A DNA stretch of 64,000 nucleotides, taken from the NCBI GenBank assembly GCA_017993235.1, contig JAGONC010000004.1, forward strand, positions 24,873 through 88,872, given 5' to 3'. Source of the DNA: Lentimicrobiaceae bacterium (GTDB lineage Bacteria; Bacteroidota; Bacteroidia; Bacteroidales; JAGONC01). The translations under genes were made by a program, and so were the position numbers. The notes below the pieces were generated by a model. That model had not been told where the DNA came from, made no database searches, and saw only the letters and a list, made by a program, of their open reading frames with translations. Positions 37,893-49,106 of the stretch are shown here, piece after piece; the stretch's first letter is position 1, and each line of letters starts with the position of its first letter.

Positions 37893-39197
37893 TCATCTGA
37901 TCAGGGCTTTCCGGTAGGTATCGACCGCTCTTTTCCTGGCCATTTCATGATCGATGACGGGTCTGGGATACCGCTGCGGATCCCCGTACTCAGGTACCCA
38001 TTGCTGGATATAGATCCGCCGGGGATCGTACCGGTCAGCCTGCAGGTAAGGATTAAAGACACGGAAATAGGGCGCCGCATCACAGCCTGTCCCTGCAGCC
38101 CACTGCCAGCCACCATTGTTGGAAGAAAGTTCATAGTCCAGAAGCTTACGTGCAAAATAAGCTTCTCCCCATCGCCAGTCGATCAGCAGATGCTTAACCA
38201 GGAAACTGGCCGTGATCATGCGAAGCCGGTTGTGCATGAAACCTGTCGCATTAAGCTCACGCATACCAGCATCCACCAGCGGGTACCCGGTACTCCCTTC
38301 GCACCATCTGGCAAATTCCTCTTCGTTGTTGATCCAGTGCATCTGATCGTATGCAGGTTTGAATGAACCACTGACGACATTCGGGAAGTGCCATAGGATG
38401 TTTCCCATGTAAAACTCCCTCCAGATCAGTTCATTCAGCCATTTCTCATTGAGCTGCAGTGCCAGATGTACCAGGTGACGCACTGAAACCGTTCCAAAGC
38501 GCAGGTGTACGCTCATCCGGCTGGTTCCCCTTATTGAAGGGATGTCACGCGTCAGATGATAGTTGCGGATGATGCGCTCATCAGGTTCTGCATCCGGGAA
38601 ACGGATTTCCATTGAACGGAATCCCAGCTCTTCAGGAGAGGGCAGGGGGGAGGGAACCGTCTTATGGTAGGAGGATGAGCATGAGGACGTATCGTAGGGC
38701 AGGAAAAATTTTTCGGAGTATATCCCTTTCCACCGGTTCATGTATGGAGTGAAAACCGTGTAGGGCGTTCTATCTGACTTAAGGATTTCATCTTTCTCAA
38801 AAATGACCTGATCCTTGAAGGTTTTGAATTCAATGCCTTGATCCTGAAGTAATTGCTTAATCTTTTGATCCCTTTCTCTCGCATAGGGCTCATAATCATG
38901 ATTACAGTAAACAGCACTGACTTCCTGATGAGAAACGAGCTCCTTGAAAACTTCCAGGGGATCGCCGTGAAAGATCTTAAGCGAGCTTCCGAACTGAATA
39001 AGTTTTGATTGTAGTGAGGAAAGGGCGTTTAAAATAAACAGGATACGGGGATCTTTCCTGATCTCAAGCTTATCCAGAATATTCCTGTCGAAAATGAACA
39101 GAGGCTGAACATTCCCTTTCTCTTTCAATGCAAAATAAAGACCTGCGTTATCATCGAGCCTGAGATCCCTCCTGAACCAGAATACGGTGAATGACAT
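37893..39197 (-). CDS. Photolyase/cryptochrome-family protein (deoxyribodipyrimidine photo-lyase type)
   Basis: TGYPLVDAGMRELNATGFMHNRLRMITASFL and NNGGWQWAAGTG FAD-binding signatures. Confidence 0.9.
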   Translation of the reverse strand: MSFTVFWFRRDLRLDDNAGLYFALKEKGNVQPLFIFDRNILDKLEIRKDPRILFILNALSSLQSKLIQFGSSLKIFHGDPLEVFKELVSHQEVSAVYCNHDYEPYARERDQKIKQLLQDQGIEFKTFKDQVIFEKDEILKSDRTPYTVFTPYMNRWKGIYSEKFFLPYDTSSCSSSYHKTVPSPLPSPEELGFRSMEIRFPDAEPDERIIRNYHLTRDIPSIRGTSRMSVHLRFGTVSVRHLVHLALQLNEKWLNELIWREFYMGNILWHFPNVVSGSFKPAYDQMHWINNEEEFARWCEGSTGYPLVDAGMRELNATGFMHNRLRMITASFLVKHLLIDWRWGEAYFARKLLDYELSSNNGGWQWAAGTGCDAAPYFRVFNPYLQADRYDPRRIYIQQWVPEYGDPQRYPRPVIDHEMARKRAVDTYRKALIR

Positions 39198-39215
39198 TGT
39201 TACTGTTATACTGAA

Positions 39216-39590
39216 TTACCACATAAATTCTTCACTGTTGAATTCGTGTTTCTCACCCTTGGGGTAATAGCGCCAGTACCGGTTGTCGACCTGTATTCTG
39301 GTCCACTGGTTCCAGTAAGCAGGAGAGACCTTTTTACCATCTTTTGTTCTCAGACGCATTTGATATACTGCGATGACAGGATTGAAGACCAGGTCGGTGA
39401 CCCCTAGTGTAAAGGTTGTGGAAGCAGTTTCATCCTCTTTCTTTTCTTCCTGGATATGTACTTCGAAATGATTATGTTTGAGCAGTTCCTTCAGGAATCC
39501 TGCGCGTTTTTCATCCAGTCCTTTTTCCACGATGGTGCAGCGGACACCATTGATCTCTTCCACGATATGCTTGCCTTTGTTCAATGCCAT
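39216..39590 (-). CDS. Hypothetical soluble protein at the 3' end of the nuo operon
   Basis: 124 aa. I recognise no family. It lies 13 nt after the nuoN stop and 18 nt before the photolyase start. Confidence 0.5.
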   Translation of the reverse strand: MALNKGKHIVEEINGVRCTIVEKGLDEKRAGFLKELLKHNHFEVHIQEEKKEDETASTTFTLGVTDLVFNPVIAVYQMRLRTKDGKKVSPAYWNQWTRIQVDNRYWRYYPKGEKHEFNSEEFMW

Positions 39591-39603
39591 AACGGTATGT
39601 TAA

Positions 39604-41028
39604 CTAGTTTATTCCCATGCTGAGTCTGCTGATCAGCTCATAAACAGCATTATAGAATCCAAGGACGACGATGCCGGCCGTACAGATCAATAACCCGATC
39701 CGGGTGGAAACATCGGATTTGAAGTGGGCGATGGGTGTTTCATTTTTATTGATGAACATTGCTTTTACAACCAGAAGATAGTAGTACAGGGAAATCGTTG
39801 CATTCAGCACAGCAATGAGAACGAGCCAATAATAACCAGCAGAAGCCGCTGACGTAAATAAGAAGAATTTCCCGAAAAATCCTGCAACAGGTGGGATGCC
39901 TGCAAGAGAAAACAGGGAGAGCATCATCAGAAGGCTAAGTTTAGGATTAGTATGGTAAAGACCATTATAGTCATCCATATTCTCTTTACCACTCTGATTG
40001 TAAACTGTTGCAACCACTCCGAAAGCACCGAGGTTCGAGAAAATATAGACCAGTATAAAGTAAATGACCGAGGTCATGCCCAGCTGAGAACCGGCGATGA
40101 TCCCCAGCAGGATGAATCCAGCCTGGGCAATAGAGGAAAAGGCAAGAAACCGTTTCAGGTTCTTCTGCCGAAGGGCAAAGAGGTTACCCAGTGTCATGGT
40201 CACGATGGAAATGAAATAGACCAGGTCTTTCCAGAGATAGGCAATGGAAGTGAATACGGTATACAGTACAAGGATAAAGATGAAAACCGCCGCTCCCTTG
40301 GAAATGACCGACAGGTATGACGTGACATTGACGGGAGCTCCTTCGTAAACGTCGGCTGTCCACAGATGGAAGGGAACCAGGGAAATCTTGAAACCCATAC
40401 CGGTAAAGAAGAAGATAAATGCAAGCACCTGAAGTGGTTCGCCGGTAAAGGAAACTTTCACCTCGTTGAAAAAAATGGATCCAGTCGTGCCGTAAATCAT
40501 GGAAAGTCCAAACAGGAGAATACCCGATGAAAGGGCTGAAATGAGGATCAGTTTGATGCCGGCTTCAGCCGAACGGGTCTGGTGATGAACATAGGCAGCC
40601 AGTGCTGCCATGGGGATGGTAGCCAGCTCCAAACCGAGATAGAACATCAGGAAATCACCTGATGAGATCATGAAGTTCATACCGATCAGCGTGGCCAGGA
40701 GCAGAACATAAAATTCGCTCATTTTCTGCTGGTTTTCCTCTTTTTTCAACCAGGTTACCGATTGAAGCATGACGATGAAAAAGCCTATGTTCAGGATGTT
40801 CTTCATCAGTACGGTCAACGGATCGGTGTGGTACATTCCGCCAAACAGGGATCCTTCACCGACCGGCAGAAATCCGGCCAGCAGGATGATGAAAAAGAGT
40901 CCGATCGAAACGGGCAGGATAAGGTTCCTGCACCTAGGACCGACTCCGAGGTCAAGAACCAGGATGATCACTGCCAGTAAGGTCAGTAGCAGTTCATGCC
41001 GCATGATCAGAAGATCGCTCAGATTCAT
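39604..41028 (-). CDS. nuoN: NADH-quinone oxidoreductase subunit N
   Basis: 474 aa antiporter-like subunit, last of three in a row. Confidence 0.9.
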   Translation of the reverse strand: MNLSDLLIMRHELLLTLLAVIILVLDLGVGPRCRNLILPVSIGLFFIILLAGFLPVGEGSLFGGMYHTDPLTVLMKNILNIGFFIVMLQSVTWLKKEENQQKMSEFYVLLLATLIGMNFMISSGDFLMFYLGLELATIPMAALAAYVHHQTRSAEAGIKLILISALSSGILLFGLSMIYGTTGSIFFNEVKVSFTGEPLQVLAFIFFFTGMGFKISLVPFHLWTADVYEGAPVNVTSYLSVISKGAAVFIFILVLYTVFTSIAYLWKDLVYFISIVTMTLGNLFALRQKNLKRFLAFSSIAQAGFILLGIIAGSQLGMTSVIYFILVYIFSNLGAFGVVATVYNQSGKENMDDYNGLYHTNPKLSLLMMLSLFSLAGIPPVAGFFGKFFLFTSAASAGYYWLVLIAVLNATISLYYYLLVVKAMFINKNETPIAHFKSDVSTRIGLLICTAGIVVLGFYNAVYELISRLSMGIN

Positions 41029-41038
41029 ACCCTATATG

Positions 41039-42562
41039 TTAATTAAGTACCAGCGGTACATCATGTGCCAAACCCAATATTTTACTGATGACGGGGACCA
41101 AACTTGCGTTGATCATATCCGACAGCCACAGGGGTGCCAGCCCGATCCCGGCAATGCCGATGACCAGAATGATCGTCGATATCCGTTCATACCAGTGTGC
41201 ATCACCCGGATGTTCAAGGTAGTTGTTTTTTATCGGTCCCAGCAACAGAATACCGATGACCCGTAAAATGTACACTGCAGTGATCACGATCGAAGTGGTG
41301 GCGACAATCGTCACTACCCGGTGAAAAGTATTCGCATGCTGGAATGCTCCCACGAAGATGGTCGCCTCGGCCACAAATCCACTCAATCCCGGCAAGCCCA
41401 GCGAAGCAAGACCGGCTATAACATATACAACAGACAGAAAGGGGATCACCTTCATCAGACCGCCCATTTCATCAATGATACGGGTATGGGTTCTGGAATA
41501 GATCATTCCGATCAGGGCAAAGAAAAGGGCTGTCATCAGACCGTGGGAGATCATCTGGATGATGGCTCCGTTCATAGCGGTCTGGTTCATCATCAGCAGG
41601 GCGAACAACACCAGGCCGCAATGACTCACCGAAGAATAAGCGTTGATGTATTTGAGATCTTTCTGCCAGATAGCGCCAAATGCACCATATACAACGCTGA
41701 TTGTGGTCAGGATGATAAAGATCCAGGCCATTTCATTGGCCGCTTCCGGCATCAGGAACATGGCCACACGGAAACATCCGTACCCTCCCAGTTTCATCAA
41801 AACCCCTGCATGCAGCATTGAAACGGCCGTCGGAGCTGAGGAATGCCCGTCGGGCGACCAGGTGTGCAACGGGAACAGCGCCCCCAGGATGCCAAAGCCA
41901 ATGAACGTAAAGGGGAAAAAGAACCGCTGTGCCTTGACAGGTATGTCCACCCTGGCAATCTCCAGGATATGGAAAGTGTGCTGCCCCCCTTCCGGGGCTG
42001 AGTTGAAGTACAGCCCGAGAATGCCTACCGTGAGCAGGGCTGATCCCCCCATGAGCATCAGGGTCAGTTTCATCGCTGAGTACTCTTTCGGCCCCGATCC
42101 CCAGATGCCGATCAACAAGTACATGGGAATGACCGCTAGTTCATAGAAAAGAAACATCGTGAAAAGATCCAGGGAGATGAAAAAACCAAAAACGCCCGAA
42201 GACAGGAGGATTAGACTGATAAAAAATTCCCGTGAGAGAAATTCCATCTCCCAGGATGCAAAAACTCCTGCAAAAATGACCATGGCAGTCAGGGCGATCA
42301 TCGCAACCGAGATGCCGTCCACTCCAATGGCATACCGTATGTTCAGGCTTGGGAACCAGGCCGTGTTGGCTGTGAAAATCATTTCATCCGTCACACCGGC
42401 TTTCCTGGCCTGAAGGTACATGAAGACCAGCACTCCCGCCAGGATTAGCTGAATGCTCATGCCAACCGCACTGGCCCATCGGGCACCTTTCAGATCTCTG
42501 GTGAATAGGATGGCCAGAATGGTCAGCGCAGGCACAATCACAAATAAATTCAAAAAATGCAT
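41039..42562 (-). CDS. nuoM: NADH-quinone oxidoreductase subunit M
   Basis: 507 aa ND4-type antiporter-like subunit. Confidence 0.9.
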   Translation of the reverse strand: MHFLNLFVIVPALTILAILFTRDLKGARWASAVGMSIQLILAGVLVFMYLQARKAGVTDEMIFTANTAWFPSLNIRYAIGVDGISVAMIALTAMVIFAGVFASWEMEFLSREFFISLILLSSGVFGFFISLDLFTMFLFYELAVIPMYLLIGIWGSGPKEYSAMKLTLMLMGGSALLTVGILGLYFNSAPEGGQHTFHILEIARVDIPVKAQRFFFPFTFIGFGILGALFPLHTWSPDGHSSAPTAVSMLHAGVLMKLGGYGCFRVAMFLMPEAANEMAWIFIILTTISVVYGAFGAIWQKDLKYINAYSSVSHCGLVLFALLMMNQTAMNGAIIQMISHGLMTALFFALIGMIYSRTHTRIIDEMGGLMKVIPFLSVVYVIAGLASLGLPGLSGFVAEATIFVGAFQHANTFHRVVTIVATTSIVITAVYILRVIGILLLGPIKNNYLEHPGDAHWYERISTIILVIGIAGIGLAPLWLSDMINASLVPVISKILGLAHDVPLVLN

Positions 42563-42577
42563 CTCTTTCCTGTCCTT

Positions 42578-44503
42578 TTATTGCAAAAAATAAATAAAAA
42601 TAATGATCAGCAGCACGGCTCCCGACACAAAGACGATGGCATACTGCTGTAACTGACCCGACTGAAATCCTTTGATCCAATTGCTTAGTGATGCGATCAA
42701 CCAGGCAATTCCATTCATCGTTCCATCGACAATATGCCGGTCGAACCAGGCAATCGGAGTGGAAATATATCTGAATATGATCTTTTTGGTGATAAACAGA
42801 TATACCTCATCAATATAGAATTTGTGGTACGACCATTTGTACAGGTGTTTGAACGTTGTTGCCACCCTGGCCGGAAGTGCATTCTCTTTACGGTACATCA
42901 CTGCGGCAATGGCAATGCCAACTGCTGCAATGAGCACTGATGGGATAGCAATGCCCCATTCGATATGCGTTTCCAGGTGAAGCCCGTCGCTGGTAACCAG
43001 GTTATGGAAAGGAATGAATCCGCTGAGCACCGATGCCGCTGCAAGGAACATCAGGGGAATGGTCATAACATAGGGCGCTTCGTGAGGGGTGTGATGGTAT
43101 TGCTGCTGTTTGCCCCGGAAGATGCTGTAATAAAGACGAAACATATAAAAAGCGGTCAGACCTGCCACAAAGTATTCAACAAAGAATAAAAATTTATTGT
43201 GATGCCAGGCAGCAGCCAGGATTTCATCTTTGCTGAAAAATCCCGCAAAGGGTGGAATGCCGGCAATGGTCAGACAGGCGATAAGGAAAGTGATATGGGT
43301 AATGGGTAGATATTTCCTCAATCCGCCCATTTCGTTCATGAAATTACTATGTACCGCATGGATGATGGCACCTGCACAGAGAAAGAGTAGTGCTTTGAAC
43401 ATGGCATGCGTGAAAAGGTGGAACATAGAGGCCATGAATCCAAGCCCCTCATGTCCTCCGTAGCCGGAAACACCCAGCGCCAGCATCATGTAACCGATCT
43501 GCGACATGGTTGAATAGGCGAGTACCCGTTTGATATCCAGCTGAGTACATGCAATGGCAGCGGCAAACAGGGAGGTAAAGCCACCCACAAAGGCAACAAC
43601 ATTTAACGCCGGGATCCCTGCCAGGGCATAGATTGGAAACAGGCGTGCGACCAGGTAAACACCTGCCACAACCATTGTAGCGGCATGGATCAGTGCCGAG
43701 ACGGGTGTGGGCCCTTCCATGGCATCCGGCAGCCAGATGTGCAGCGGGAACATGGCGGATTTGCCTGCGCCCCCCATAAATACAAGGATCAACGACCAGG
43801 TTATGACAGACAGTCCCAGAAATGTGGCACCGCCTGCATGGGTGACGGCAGGACCGGATGGATCGGTAAGCGTCTGAAAATCAAACGTACCTGTCGTATA
43901 GGATAAAACGAGGATGCCAATCAGGAATCCCAGGTCAGCAAACCGGGTGACGATGAATGCCTTCTTGGAAGCGGCCACCGCCGAGGGTCTCTGGTAGTAG
44001 AAACCAATCAGAAGATAGCTGGAAACACCAACCAGTTCCCAGAAAATGTACATTTGGAAGATATTGGTCGCCACAACCAAACCCAGCATGGAGAAAGTGA
44101 AGAGGGAAAGGAAAGAGAAAAATCGCTCATACCCTTTTTCCCCTTTCATATAACCGATACTGTAGATGTGAACCATAAGGGAGACCGTGGTGATCACGAT
44201 CAGCATCATCACTGAGATTGGATCCAGCAGTATGCCCAGGTCAATATGGAGCTTTTCGGTAAGACGATGCCACGTTGTGTTCATGGCTATGATCGCTGAG
44301 TATCCTTCAGCTCCATGTGCCGCAGCAAAGAAATATTGGAAGGCTGTGATCAGTGAAAGGACAAAGGATGCCAGTAAGCCCGCTGATCCAACGATTCCTG
44401 AGAAAAGAGGCTTGAACCGGTTGCCGAACAATCCCAGGAATATAAAGATGATGAAGGGGATCAGCAGAATATAGACCGTGTATGCGTACCCGTGAAGTTC
44501 CAT
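42578..44503 (-). CDS. nuoL: NADH-quinone oxidoreductase subunit L
   Basis: 641 aa ND5-type subunit with the long C-terminal extension. Confidence 0.9.
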   Translation of the reverse strand: MELHGYAYTVYILLIPFIIFIFLGLFGNRFKPLFSGIVGSAGLLASFVLSLITAFQYFFAAAHGAEGYSAIIAMNTTWHRLTEKLHIDLGILLDPISVMMLIVITTVSLMVHIYSIGYMKGEKGYERFFSFLSLFTFSMLGLVVATNIFQMYIFWELVGVSSYLLIGFYYQRPSAVAASKKAFIVTRFADLGFLIGILVLSYTTGTFDFQTLTDPSGPAVTHAGGATFLGLSVITWSLILVFMGGAGKSAMFPLHIWLPDAMEGPTPVSALIHAATMVVAGVYLVARLFPIYALAGIPALNVVAFVGGFTSLFAAAIACTQLDIKRVLAYSTMSQIGYMMLALGVSGYGGHEGLGFMASMFHLFTHAMFKALLFLCAGAIIHAVHSNFMNEMGGLRKYLPITHITFLIACLTIAGIPPFAGFFSKDEILAAAWHHNKFLFFVEYFVAGLTAFYMFRLYYSIFRGKQQQYHHTPHEAPYVMTIPLMFLAAASVLSGFIPFHNLVTSDGLHLETHIEWGIAIPSVLIAAVGIAIAAVMYRKENALPARVATTFKHLYKWSYHKFYIDEVYLFITKKIIFRYISTPIAWFDRHIVDGTMNGIAWLIASLSNWIKGFQSGQLQQYAIVFVSGAVLLIIIFIYFLQ

Positions 44504-44506
44504 AGG

Positions 44507-44830
44507 TTAGTGCTTCATTTCGTCAACATTATCCACTTCGATCGAACGGAAGTTCCTGTAAATGTTTATGATGATGGCGATGGCCACGGCAGCTTCAGCA
44601 GCAGCGATGGCGATGACGATCATGCTGAAAAAATGTCCCTGGAGTTTATGCGGAAACAGGTAACGGTTGAAAACGACAAAGTTTATATTTACTGAATTCA
44701 GGATCAACTCGATCGACATCAGGATGGTGATCAGGTTCCTTCGGGTTAGAAATCCAAAGATGCCGATAAAAAACATCAGCGTACTGACGATCAGAAAATA
44801 GTGTAGTGGGATTCCTTGATGCATGTCCAA
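44507..44830 (-). CDS. nuoK: NADH-quinone oxidoreductase subunit K
   Basis: 107 aa, 3 TM, ND4L-type. Confidence 0.85.
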   Translation of the reverse strand: MDMHQGIPLHYFLIVSTLMFFIGIFGFLTRRNLITILMSIELILNSVNINFVVFNRYLFPHKLQGHFFSMIVIAIAAAEAAVAIAIIINIYRNFRSIEVDNVDEMKH

Positions 44831-44838
44831 TGATTTAG

Positions 44839-45345
44839 TTATTTAACCTCTTTTTTCGCGACAATAATGGCTCCGATCATAACAGCAAGCAAAAGGACAG
44901 AAATGACCTCAAAGGGTAAAGCATATCCATCTTCGCCATAGTGGATCAACTGGGTGCCGATGGTTTTCATGGTGCTCGGAACGGCTGGCTCCGGGGAAGC
45001 TTTGAACGCATAACTGAAGATCGTGTAAAGTGTCACACCAGCGCCAAGAATGACCACAATGCCCGAGAGGATCATCCTCCATCTTCCTGCCATGGTCGCC
45101 CGATCGCTGATATGACTGGTAAGCAAAATGGAAAAGATGATCAGTACCACGATGCCGCCAGCATAAACAGTCAGCTGAACCGCGGCCAGGAACATATAAT
45201 CGAGCATGAAATACAGACCCGCCGTGGCCAGCAGGACGAAAAGAAGAAAAACAGCCGAGCGCAGGATCCTCCTGGTGAGCACCGTCATCACCGAAAAGAC
45301 CAGGATAACGCCCGACAATATGAAAAGCATGACCAGATTGCTCAT
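44839..45345 (-). CDS. nuoJ: NADH-quinone oxidoreductase subunit J
   Basis: The start is trimmed to the ATG at 45345 (MSNLVMLFILSG...). ND6-type. Confidence 0.8.
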   Translation of the reverse strand: MSNLVMLFILSGVILVFSVMTVLTRRILRSAVFLLFVLLATAGLYFMLDYMFLAAVQLTVYAGGIVVLIIFSILLTSHISDRATMAGRWRMILSGIVVILGAGVTLYTIFSYAFKASPEPAVPSTMKTIGTQLIHYGEDGYALPFEVISVLLLAVMIGAIIVAKKEVK

Positions 45346-45356
45346 TGCCTTTTGGA

Positions 45357-45839
45357 TTATTCTTTGATGCCCTCCATGATCCTTGATCCCGGCCTGTTCA
45401 GGACCTTGGTTAACCGGGTCCGATCCCATACGGCATGCTCAAACGTTTGCGCCATCGCAAGCGCATTGGAGGGACAGTTTTTAACACACAGATTGCAGAG
45501 ACTGCACATACCCAGATGGTAAATATGCTTATCGATGATCTTTTTCTTTTTACCGTCGGGCAGAAGCACAGAGGTTGATATGATCTCAATGGAACCGTTG
45601 GGACAGTTTATTTCACAGATGCCGCACCCGGTACATTTATGTTCATTGTTTTCATTGTGAGGCATGGTGACCTCGCCCCTGAATCGTTCGAACATCACGA
45701 GCTTATTCCGATTCTCCGGATATTGCTGGGTTACGATCAGCCATGGCCGGAAAAAGTAGGAACCGGTAATCCTCATTCCCTGGAATAGGGTCCAGCTTCC
45801 CTGAAAAATGGTGCTTATGTATTTCCAGATCGCTTTCAT
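45357..45839 (-). CDS. nuoI: NADH-quinone oxidoreductase subunit I
   Basis: Two 4Fe-4S motifs, CTGCGICEINCP and CSLCNLCVKNCP. Confidence 0.9.
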   Translation of the reverse strand: MKAIWKYISTIFQGSWTLFQGMRITGSYFFRPWLIVTQQYPENRNKLVMFERFRGEVTMPHNENNEHKCTGCGICEINCPNGSIEIISTSVLLPDGKKKKIIDKHIYHLGMCSLCNLCVKNCPSNALAMAQTFEHAVWDRTRLTKVLNRPGSRIMEGIKE

Positions 45840-45852
45840 CCATTTGTTTGTC

Positions 45853-46941
45853 TTAAAAATGCCATCCCTTGATGACGACGATGGTCATCAGGATGATGTT
45901 GAACAGATTGATGGGCAACAGGAACTTCCACTCTAGGGTGAGGATCTGATCGATCCTCAGGCGCGGAAATGTCCACTTGAACCACATGATCAGGAATATC
46001 ACAAAAAAGATCTTCAGGAAAAACCAGATGATGGGCGGAATCAGGTCCATCACTCCGTTAAAACCTTCCAGATTACCAAAATGAAGGGGCATCCAGCCGC
46101 CCAGGAAGACTGTGGTAGCCATCGCCGAAACGATGAACAGGTTGACATACTCAGCCAGAAAAAAGAAAGCGAATTTGATCCCGGAATATTCGGTATGAAA
46201 ACCGGCGGTCAGTTCGGATTCGGCTTCGGCCAGGTCGAACGGTCCCCGGTTGGTTTCGGCAGTTCCCGCGATGATAAACACAAAAAAAGCAATCACCGCA
46301 GGGATATGCCCCCGGTAAATAAACCATCCGGTCTGCTGAGCTTCAACGATCCCTGAAAGCTGCATTGTACCGGCAAGGACTACCATAGTGATCAGGGAAA
46401 GCCCGACCGAAAGCTCATAGCTTATGATCTGGGCACCGCTTCGCATGGCACCGATCAGGGAGTACTTGTTGTTGCTGGACCACCCCGCAAGCAAAATTCC
46501 AATGACTCCGATAGCTGAAACAGAGGTTACGAAAAACACACCGATATCAAAATCAAATGCTTGCAACCCTTTGGCAAAGGGTATTACCGAGATGGCCAGG
46601 AAAGTGACAATGATCACGATGAAGGGTGCCAGGTTGTACAGGAATTTGTCTGCTTTTCCCGGCTGGATCAATTCCTTCATCAACAGCTTGATGAAGTCGG
46701 CGATGGTCTGCACCAGCCCCCATGGCCCCACACGCATGGGACCCAGCCGCTGCTGGAAGAAAGCACAGACTTTTCGTTCGGCATAAACCAAAAACAATCC
46801 GAACACGGCCACAAAAAGCAGGAAGACTATCCCTACGATCAGCCATTCCACTGCCAGAGTTCCCCCCGGCGACAGGCGCGAACTCAATCCTTCGTGGATT
46901 GACTGGGTCAGTACGGAAAAATCGTATATATTGAAAGCCAT
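45853..46941 (-). CDS. nuoH: NADH-quinone oxidoreductase subunit H
   Basis: ND1-type with the AFFFLAEY motif. The start is trimmed to the ATG at 46941, 10 nt after the nuoD stop. Confidence 0.9.
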   Translation of the reverse strand: MAFNIYDFSVLTQSIHEGLSSRLSPGGTLAVEWLIVGIVFLLFVAVFGLFLVYAERKVCAFFQQRLGPMRVGPWGLVQTIADFIKLLMKELIQPGKADKFLYNLAPFIVIIVTFLAISVIPFAKGLQAFDFDIGVFFVTSVSAIGVIGILLAGWSSNNKYSLIGAMRSGAQIISYELSVGLSLITMVVLAGTMQLSGIVEAQQTGWFIYRGHIPAVIAFFVFIIAGTAETNRGPFDLAEAESELTAGFHTEYSGIKFAFFFLAEYVNLFIVSAMATTVFLGGWMPLHFGNLEGFNGVMDLIPPIIWFFLKIFFVIFLIMWFKWTFPRLRIDQILTLEWKFLLPINLFNIILMTIVVIKGWHF

Positions 46942-46951
46942 AACCAGAAGT

Positions 46952-48070
46952 TTACCTGTCAATATCTGGGATTACCAGATCAAGAGAGGACATGATGGCC
47001 ACCAGGTCTGCAATCTTCCAGCCTTTCGACATGGCATTGAGCGCCGAGAGATTGGAGAAACCCGGAGAACGAAACTTGAGCCGGTAGGGGCTTTTTTTGC
47101 CATCACTGATGATATACACACCAAATTCTCCCCTGGCGGCTTCCACCCGCTGATAATATTCTCCTTCGGGCAACTTGACCACACCTTTCAGCCTGACCTG
47201 GTAGTCACCTTCCGGAATATGATCAATCAACTGTTCAATGATGGACATCGACTCCCACATTTCCGTGATTCTGACCTGGTAACGGGCCAGTGTGTCGCAC
47301 CGGTCATCCAGGGCTTCATGAAAAGTGACAAAGGGATATGCACTGTAAGGATGATGTTGTCTTACATCGCACGAGAATCCCGACGCCCGGCCGGAAGGAC
47401 CCGTAACTCCGTAAGTGATCACTGCTTCCCTGGGAAAGATTCCGACCCCGCGCGTGCGCTCCTGAAAGATGACGTTGCCGGTCAGAAGCTGATCATACTC
47501 GGGTAGCTTTTTCCTGAAATAGGTCAGGAACTCGTGGACTCTTTTCCGGAAATTGGGATGAATGTCGAACATCAATCCACCCGGAATGCTGTAATGAAGT
47601 GTCAAACGTGCTCCGCAGGTTTCTTCAAATATGTCCAGGATCTTTTCTCTGTCACGGAGCCCGTAGAAGAATGTGGTGAGTGCACCCAGGTCCATCCCCA
47701 TCACGCACCACCATAGCTGGTGAGAGGCAAGACGCTGCAATTCACTGAAGATGGTCCGGATGTACTTTACACGGTCAGGAACCTCAATCCCCAATGCATT
47801 TTCGATGCACAGGCAAACCGCTTCCTCATTCATGTGGGCTGAAAGATAATCCATCCTGTCGGTCAGATAGGGGATCTGAGGATAGGTGAGCGATTCGCAC
47901 ATCTTCTCAATGCCGCTGTGAATATACCCGATATGAGGTTCTACATTATGAACGATCTCACCTTCCAGTTTGAGCAACAGCCTCAGCACACCATGCGTGG
48001 ATGGATGCTGGGGGCCCATGTTCACCAGATACTCCTGCGTCTCGATTTTATCGGGCTCTGCTTCTCCCAT
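46952..48070 (-). CDS. nuoD: NADH-quinone oxidoreductase subunit D
   Basis: [14 protein letters not shown] near the N-terminus. C-terminal ...[10 protein letters not shown]. Confidence 0.9.
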   Translation of the reverse strand: MGEAEPDKIETQEYLVNMGPQHPSTHGVLRLLLKLEGEIVHNVEPHIGYIHSGIEKMCESLTYPQIPYLTDRMDYLSAHMNEEAVCLCIENALGIEVPDRVKYIRTIFSELQRLASHQLWWCVMGMDLGALTTFFYGLRDREKILDIFEETCGARLTLHYSIPGGLMFDIHPNFRKRVHEFLTYFRKKLPEYDQLLTGNVIFQERTRGVGIFPREAVITYGVTGPSGRASGFSCDVRQHHPYSAYPFVTFHEALDDRCDTLARYQVRITEMWESMSIIEQLIDHIPEGDYQVRLKGVVKLPEGEYYQRVEAARGEFGVYIISDGKKSPYRLKFRSPGFSNLSALNAMSKGWKIADLVAIMSSLDLVIPDIDR

Positions 48071-48073
48071 AAT

Positions 48074-48529
48074 CTAACGATCAACGATCCTTACTTCATC
48101 CACGTAGTCTTTTCTCAAAGGAAATCCCCAGTCATCCGAAAGGAAAAGTCTTCTCAAATCGGGGTGATCCTTAAACCGGATACCCAGCAGATCAAAAACC
48201 TCTCTCTCATGAAATTCAGCAGTCTTCCATATGTCACAAACAGTGGGAAGAACGGGATGAATACGCGACAGGGTCTTTGTTTTCAGTACAATCACATGCC
48301 TGTGTACTGTTGATTCCAGATGGTAAATAACTTTCATATGATCCTCAAAATCAGCGCCAGTCAAGCAGATGAGGTAATCAAATGCCGTTGCAGGATTTCC
48401 TTTCAGTTCGTTCGCCAGGTTGCGCAGCTTATCGTGTGGAACCATCACTTCCGGGAACTGTCTCCCCAGGCTGACTTCTGCTTCAGGCTCCCATGACAGG
48501 ATAAGTTCTTTCAGTTCTTCGGAATTCAT
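48074..48529 (-). CDS. nuoC: NADH-quinone oxidoreductase subunit C
   Basis: [23 protein letters not shown] signature. The start is trimmed to the ATG at 48529. Confidence 0.85.
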   Translation of the reverse strand: MNSEELKELILSWEPEAEVSLGRQFPEVMVPHDKLRNLANELKGNPATAFDYLICLTGADFEDHMKVIYHLESTVHRHVIVLKTKTLSRIHPVLPTVCDIWKTAEFHEREVFDLLGIRFKDHPDLRRLFLSDDWGFPLRKDYVDEVRIVDR

Positions 48530-48545
48530 GGAATAACGATCTGTA

Positions 48546-49106
48546 TTATTTCTTGCTTTGGACTTTACTCTTTTTCCCGAGGGTCTGCTGTTTCCTGATC
48601 TTTTTCTGAAGTTGCATGATCCCGAAAAGTACTGCTTCCGGGCGGGGTGGACAACCAGGAATGTAGACATCCACCGGGATTACGTGATCAGCCCCCTTTA
48701 CCACTGAATAAGAATTATAAAAGAAAGGTCCGCCGGAAATGGCACAGGCTCCCATCGCGATGACATATTTCGGTTCCGCCATCTGGTCGTACAACCGTTT
48801 CAGGACAGGAGCCATTTTATAGGTGATCGATCCCGAGATGAAGATCACGTCGGCCTGCCGCGGAGTTGCCCTTGCCACTTCGGCTCCGAAACGTGCAAAA
48901 TCATGTCGCGACGCTCCGGTGGCCATGAACTCAATCGCACAGCAACGGGTGCCAAAGGTCAGGGGCCAGAGCGAGTTTGCCCTTGCCCAGTTGACCAGCG
49001 CGTTCAGGTTGGTAAGAATGACACCACCGCTTGCATATTGATCCACAATGGGGTATTCATCCTTAAAAAAAGGATCGTGGATTTCCTTTTTTCTGATCAT
49101 TCCCAT
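48546..49106 (-). CDS. nuoB: NADH-quinone oxidoreductase subunit B
   Basis: [18 protein letters not shown] and IPGCPPRPE cluster-N2 ligand motifs. Confidence 0.9.
   Translation of the reverse strand: MGMIRKKEIHDPFFKDEYPIVDQYASGGVILTNLNALVNWARANSLWPLTFGTRCCAIEFMATGASRHDFARFGAEVARATPRQADVIFISGSITYKMAPVLKRLYDQMAEPKYVIAMGACAISGGPFFYNSYSVVKGADHVIPVDVYIPGCPPRPEAVLFGIMQLQKKIRKQQTLGKKSKVQSKK

Noticed and set aside
40769-47506. Numerous 60-190-aa plus-strand ORFs across the nuo operon (for example 41321..41821, 41643..42146, 44941..45522, 46931..47506)
   Set aside because: All are antisense to nuo genes with strong family signatures. They are His/Arg/Gly/Gln-rich and typical of the opposite strand of membrane-protein genes.
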